DNA of 64,000 nt from Octopus vulgaris. Its lineage: Eukaryota. The notes under the pieces were generated by a model. The model ran no database searches. It saw only the letters and a list, made by a program, of their open reading frames with translations, and was not told where the DNA came from. Position numbers and translations under genes: made by a program. Positions 57,178 through 64,000 of the stretch are shown piece after piece. Within the stretch, counting starts at the first letter, position 1, and each line of letters opens with the position of its first letter. The stretch spans positions 119,288,001-119,352,000 of the forward strand of contig OX597818.1 in NCBI GenBank assembly GCA_951406725.2, written 5' to 3'.

Positions 57178-57590
57178 GGCGTAGGAGTGGCTGTGTGGTA
57201 AGTAGCTTGCTTACCAACCACAAGATTCCGGGTTCAGTCCCACGGCGTGGCACCTTGGACAAGTGTCTTCTGCTATAGCGTCGGGCCGACCAAAGCCTTG
57301 TGAGTGGATTTGGTAGACGGAAAGTGAAAGAAGCCCGTCGTATATATGTATATATATATATATGTATGTGTGTATGTATATATTTGCGTGTCTGTGTTTG
57401 TCCACCCAACATCGTTTGACAACCGATACTAGTGTGTTTAAGTTTCCGTTACTTAGCGGTTCGGCAAAAGAAACCGATAGAATAAGTACTAGGCTTACAA
57501 AGAATAAGTCCTGGGCTTAATTTGCTCGACTAAAGGCGGTGTTCCAGCATGGCCACAGTCAAATGACCGAAACAAGTATAAGAGTAAAAG
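57178..57590 (+). mobile_element. SINE family A, full length
   Basis: Head, TA tract and tail present. Confidence 0.92.
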
Positions 57591-58072
57591 GGATACATAT
57601 ACACACAGATGGTTGGATGGATAGTCTAATATATAGATAGATTGCGAGAGAGAAAGAGTTTCCATAGTCTTTCCTTACTCTCTCCCACTTTTTATCTCTT
57701 TCACTCTCTTCCGTTTTCGTACATCTTTTTCACAATTATAAATTTCTCCGTATCTCTAGGAATCTCTTGAGTTTTTCCTTCCATTTTACTTTTCTAACAG
57801 TTTGTTTACACATGTCACCCATCCAATGTTGACATTCTTATCATTACTTACTTTAATACTTATATCCCGAGGAAAATTCTTGATAATATATTTTTTCATG
57901 AAGAACAAAATAAGTGGGTTTTATGCTTTCTTTCTTATGTTTTTTTTTTTTGTTTTCGTCTTCTTGTGAGGTCTGCTGTATGGTTCCTCCAAAGCAAATC
58001 TCCTACGATATTCAAGCCTACAAACTTGATTATTTTACAAGCGCAATCATGTGAGAAATAATAGCGAGAAAT

Positions 58073-58632
58073 ATAGGTGTGTCGAATTTCTTTCCTCATT
58101 TTTCACAATTTTATCCATCCACTCACATCTTATCTCTCTCCTCCTCTCTCTTACTCTCCCTCAATTTCTCCCTCTCTTTCCCCCTATCCTCTTTATTTAT
58201 CTTCCTATCTATCTATCTTTTTCTCTTTCTCACTTTATATAGACGTGTAAATGTTTGTGCGCGTGTGTATGTATGAGCTTTTATGATAGGTGTGTCGAAT
58301 TCCTTTCCTCATTTTTCACAATTTTAGAACTCCCACTCACATCTTAGCTCTCTCCTCCTCTCTCTCACTCTCCCTCCATATCTCCCTCTCTCTCCCCCTA
58401 TCCTCTTTATTTATCTTCCTATCTATCTATCTTTTTCTCTTTCTCACTTTATATAGACGTGTAAATGTTTGTGCGCGTGTGTATGTATGAGCTTTTATGA
58501 TAGGTGTGTCGAATTCCTTTCCTCATTTTTCACAATTTTAGAACTCCCACTCACATCTCATCTCTCTCATTCTCTCTCTCACTCTCCCTCCATATCTCCC
58601 TCTCTCTCCCCCTATCCTCTTTATTTATCTTC

Positions 58633-58664
<32 letters not shown>

Positions 58665-59000
58665 TTCTCTTTCTCTCTTTATATAGACGTGTAAATAAAC
58701 GTTTGTGCGTGTGTGTACGTATGCACTTATATGATAGGTGTGTCGAATTCCTTTCCTCATTTTTCACAATTTTAGAACTCCCACTCACATCTTAGCTCTC
58801 TCCTCCTCTCTCTCACTCTTCCTCCATTTCTCCCTCTCTCTCTTCCCCTCTCCTCTTTATTTATCTTCCTATCTATCTATCTATCTATCTTTTTCTCTTT
58901 CTCTCTTTATATAGACGTGTAAATGTTTGTGCGTGTGTGTATGTATGAGCTTTTATAATAGGTGTGTCGAATTATTTCCTCATTTTTCACATTTTTATCC
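58073..59000. repeat. Tandem repeat of 213-234 bp, four units plus a partial
   Basis: ATAGGTGTGTCGAATT at 58073, 58286, 58500, 58734 and 58958. Confidence 0.92.
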
Positions 59001-59843
59001 TCCCACGACCCTCATATTTCATCTCTCTCTCTCTCTGTCTCTCTCCCTTTTCTCTCTCTCTATCTATCTCACTCTTTCTCTCTCTTTATATTTATATATT
59101 TGTGTGCTTGTGTGTGTGTGTATGTTTGTACGTTTTTTGTGCGCGCTTATATTTATGTTTGCGACGTGCATGCATATGTGTGTATGCGTGTGCATGCGTG
59201 CGTACGTATGTGCTTTGTGTCTCTTATGTGTACGGCTTGACGCAAAATTGCAACTGGCGCATTTAGAGTTCCATCTACACTATCATCGAACAAACTGCTT
59301 TAACTTAAGCGGTGTGGTTACTACATTACTTACTAGTATTACTGGTTATGATATACGAAACAACTGTTGGGAAAGGTATGATAAACATAAGGTACCGATT
59401 CATTTCAAGCGCTCACTAGGTACGTTTCCCCATTGTGGCTACTAGCATACATGGCAGTGAGTGTTCCAAGTGTAAATTGCACGAAAGTGCACTTTGAACA
59501 CGCTGTGCAGAAGATGTGAATAGCCACATGGTGGAACGTACCTAGGGAACAAATGATATAAAGCATACCTAGTGCTTATCATACATTCTCTCTCTCTTTC
59601 TCTCTCACACATTCATAAATGTATGTATACATATGTATATATATATGTGTGTGTGTGTGTGTACGCATTTATGTATACATATGTATGTATGTATGTGTGT
59701 ATGTATGCATACATGTATGTATGTATGTATGTACATAGAAAAATAAGGATAAACAGGTTCTATTAAAGTTTCTGCGCGCATTTCAGCATGATTGACATTT
59801 TGGAACTATGTGACTCACAACAGATCCTCAGGGAACACTTCGC

Positions 59844-60075
59844 TCTTTATTCTCTCTTTTATTCTTTTACTTGTTTCAGTCATTTGACTGCGGCCATTCT
59901 GGAGCACCGCCTTTAGTCAAGCAAATCGACCCCAAGACTTATTCTTTGTAAGCCTACCACTTATTCTATCGGTCAATTTTGCCGAACCGCTAAGTTACGG
60001 GGGACGTAAACACACCACCATCAGTTGTCAAGCGATGTTGGGGACAAACAAAGATACACACACATATACACACAT

Positions 60076-60139
<64 letters not shown>

Positions 60140-60236
60140 GACGAGCCTCTTTCAGTTTCCGTCTACCAAATCCACTCACAAGGCTTTGGTCGGCCCGAGG
60201 CTATAGTAGAAGACACTTACTTGCCCAAGGTACCAC
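59844..60236 (-). mobile_element. SINE family A, 5'-truncated
   Basis: Family match. Confidence 0.88.
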
Positions 60237-61038
60237 GGATGGATGGCAATTATAAATTCCGTTAGTGATAAGCATGCCATCTCCTCCTCCTTATAATGTG
60301 TTTATTTCTGTGTATTAAGAGCTCTAAGTATAGACATTTAATAGGAATCGTTATACTATTCAGTGAAGTTCTGAGGTATTACTTTTTTCATGTTTTGTAT
60401 TGAAGTCGGTGGAGCTCTACTGTGGGTGCAGAACATCAAGTTAAGTGTAAACATGTGAGGAATATTCAGCGACTCATGCGCTATTTCAGATCACTCCTAT
60501 TTTAACAAGTCATATGCAGAAATTCAACTCCAAATTTGTTTGTTCATCATAGTTTATTTAGATTTATCCTGTAGCTCTTAGGCTTCCCGAACGTGCGCCA
60601 GATCACTCGGACGAGGAAAAATGGACAGTAGTGGGAGACATCTTAGTGTTACAAATAGATAAAAATATTTCTAGCTAAACACACAAGCTGCTATTTCTCA
60701 AAGTCAATAGACATCAGCAGTGCGAAGGACACAGCTATCAAATTCAAACACCTCCAGACATAGTCTTAAACACACACATCCAAGATTTAGTATAAATACG
60801 CGTACATTAAAATTAGACGTACAAAGATATACATAAAAATATAAGTAAATGTGTGTGAATATGTGTGTGTGTGCGTGTGCGTAGTTCTGTGATGTGTGTG
60901 TGTGTGAGTGGTATGAGTGCGTGCTTGCACTGGTTGTTATGTGCACTGGTTTCCTGTATGAAGACGAACGAAAGATTTTAATCTATCGAGGATATATATC
61001 AGCCATTACTATATTTCTACAATTTTTAGTTGCAGTAA

Positions 61039-61392
61039 GGCGTAGGAGTGGCTGTGTGGTAAGTAGCTTGCTTACCAACCACATGGTTCTGGGTTCAGTT
61101 CCACTGCGTGGCACCTTGGGCAAGTGTCTTCTACTATCGCCTCGGGCCGACCAAAGCCTTGTGAGTGGATTTGGTAGACGGAAACTGAAAGAAGCCCGCC
61201 GTGTATATATATATATATGTTTGTGTGTGTATATGTCTGTGTGTCTGTGTTTGTTCCCCTCAACATCACTTGGCAACCGATGCTGGTGTATTTACGTCCC
61301 CGTGACATAGCGGGGAGTCCTGAGATCAATTTGCTCGACTAAAGGGTGCTGCTGCGTGGCCACAGTCCAATGACTGAAACAAAAGAATAATA
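61039..61392 (+). mobile_element. SINE family A with 3' internal deletion
   Basis: Family match. Confidence 0.88.
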
Positions 61393-61682
61393 GAATATTT
61401 ATATGTCTATAGATGTATACATATGTATATATATATCAATATATGTGCGCGTGTGTATGTGTATGTATGTATATGTGTTGTATGTATTTATGGCTGTATG
61501 TGTAAGTGCGTGTATGTGTATGTATGTACGTATGAGTATGAACAGTATATAAGTAGGCATGTATGTACATAGGTTTATTGGCATCCCTGTAGGTGTGTAG
61601 GTAGGTATTTAGTAGGGAAAATAGCGCAAATTTGGAAATATTAAATTTCTAAATATCTCATAGAGATATGTACGGTGGTGGG

Positions 61683-61952
61683 GCGATAGAATGGTTGTAT
61701 ACTGTCAATTTGACGTGACAGTAGGGGATTACATCACCGCTGTTTAGCCCTAGGAAGCATCGATGCTTCCTGATGGCTTCGACACATTTTTTCTTTTTTT
61801 TTGCTGGGGGTGTTTCTCTCCCCTTCGTAAATATATAAGGACACAGGAAAAAATGTGTCGAAGCCATCAGGAAGCGTCGATGCTTCCTAGGGCTAAACAG
61901 CGGTGGTGTAATCCCCTACTGTCAAATTGACAGTATACAACCATTCTAACGC
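61683..61952. mobile_element. Palindromic MITE with nested palindromes
   Basis: About 105-bp arms TAGAATGGTTGTATACTGTCAA...GACACATTTTTC and inverse; each arm holds AGGAAGCATCGATGCTTCCT (one mismatch in the right arm). Confidence 0.88.
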
Positions 61953-62212
61953 AAATTTGCAAGAATAAAAGAATAAAGTTAAATAAAGAACAAAGATCAA
62001 AAGTTAACATTAATAATGCACAGTGACTTGTTTGGGGAACAAACGAATGGGAAAAGTAGTAGATTTTTTTTTATTCGGGTGAAACATTTATGAAAGAGGA
62101 GTAAGAGTGAATTAAGCAAGGAAATGAACGATATCTGTTTTCTAACCCGTGTGTAGCTTTGAGTACTTGGTGTAGCATATATGTATGTCTGCTGGCGTAT
62201 ATATTCATATAT

Positions 62213-62578
62213 AACCACATGGTTCCGGGTTCAGTCCCACTGCGTGGCACCTTGGGCAAGTGTCTTCTGCTATAGCCCCGGGTCGACCAATGCCTTGTGA
62301 GTGGATTTGGTAGACGGAAATTGAAAGAAGCCTGTCGTATATATGTATATATATATATATGTATGTATGTATGTGTTTGTGTGTGTGTGTTTGTCTCCCT
62401 AGCATTGCTTGACAACAGATGCTGGTGTGTTTACATCCCTGTCACTTAGCGGTTCGGCAAAAGAGACCGATAGAATAAGTACTGGGCTTACAAAGAATAA
62501 GTCCCGGGGTCGATTTCCTCGACTAAAGGCGGTGCTCCAGCATGGCCGCAGTCAAATGACTAAAACAAGTAAAAGAGT
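62213..62578 (+). mobile_element. SINE family A, 5'-truncated
   Basis: Family match. Confidence 0.9.
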
Positions 62579-62612
62579 ATATATATATATATATATATAC
62601 GTGTGCGTGTAC

Positions 62613-62773
62613 GCGCAGGAGTGGCCGTGTTGTAAGTAACTTTCTTACCAACCACAGCATTCCGGGTTCCGGCTCTCTATATGGCACCTTGGGCAAGTGT
62701 CTTCCACTATACCCTCAGGCCAACCAAAGACTTGTGATGGGATGTGGTTGACGGAAACTGAAAGAAGCCTGTC

Positions 62774-62847
<74 letters not shown>

Positions 62848-63081
62848 AATATATGTGTGTGCGTATGTTTGTGTGTCTGTGTTTTTCCCAACCACCACCA
62901 TCGCTTGAAGACCGATGCTGGTGTGATTGCATCACCATAACTTAGCTGTTCGGCAAAAGAGACCGATACAATAATCATTAGGCATACAAAGAATAAGTTC
63001 TGGGTTCGATTTGTTCGTCTAAAGGCGGTGCTCCTGCATCGCCGCAGTCAAATGACTGAAACAAATAAAAGATTAAAAGAG
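62613..63081 (+). mobile_element. SINE family A, older full-length copy
   Basis: Family match. Confidence 0.85.
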
Positions 63082-63797
63082 CAAAATATATACTTTTATA
63101 TGAATGTATTTTTTATACATGTACTTACATACATACAAATATATATATATATATATATATATACGTATATAAATATATATATACGCACACACACACAAAG
63201 AGAAAGAGAAAGAAATATATTGGTCTTTCTCTCCCCATCTCCCCATTTATCTTTCTCATTTTCTCTCGCCATATCTATCTATATATATGTGTATATATAT
63301 ATGTGTGTGTTTGTGTGTTTGTGTGTGTGTGTGCGTGTGTGTGTGCTCGCGCGCTTGCTATCCGAACTGCAATATGGCAAACCTTTGCAATCAGTAACAA
63401 TCAAGTAGAATTGACGTTAAACATATTGCAAATATATTTTGGAGATTCCTTTCTTGAATGTCTCTACTTCTCTAGAAAAGAAAAATATTGTTTGTATTAT
63501 ATATTTCCCGTGGAATGACACAAATCATATCATGAGAGCATCGGAGAGTGAAATGGCATATATTGTCAATGTACAAATGATGTTATTATTGATACAAGTT
63601 GTACATTAAGGAAAAAAATGATTCATTATTTCGCTTCAAATTTTTCAACAATTGGCAATTTTGAGCGTATAGAAAATTATGTGCGGTGTAATATCATAAT
63701 TTCTCCAATATTCATATGGGTTGCACATACATGGATTCATAGATACTTATGAAAATTAATGTTCTTTTTCTTTATAGGATGCTTCGAATGTCGTACT

Positions 63798-63901
<104 letters not shown>

Positions 63902-63933
63902 TGTGTGTGTTTACGCACACACATACATATATG

Positions 63934-63986
<53 letters not shown>

Positions 63987-64000
63987 AGTGAGAGAGAGAG

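Overview
AT-rich, microsatellite-saturated, non-coding animal DNA. The SINE families and repeat landscape look like an octopus/cephalopod genome (inference from recalled repeat sequences, not a search). No intact protein-coding gene is supported, and nearly all listed ORFs are microsatellite or SINE artefacts. The window holds about 40 tRNA-derived SINE copies in four families, a full-length dead mariner (7555-8824), an L1/Tx1 fragment, and Hero-like and R4/Dong-like RLE LINE remnants. It also holds Merlin-, hAT- and Helitron-type non-autonomous elements, palindromic MITEs, a 42-copy 85-bp satellite, and a candidate promoter/first exon near 36.7 kb. The main unexplained signal is a set of type I hammerhead ribozyme motifs (CUGANGA...GAAA...NUH closed by stem I) between about 9 and 30 kb. 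They sit in short, mutually dissimilar, ORF-less segments wedged into (TA)n tracts, often as inverted pairs, and one is fused to the satellite. They are best read as Penelope-like pLTR or retrozyme-type units that may target (TA)n.
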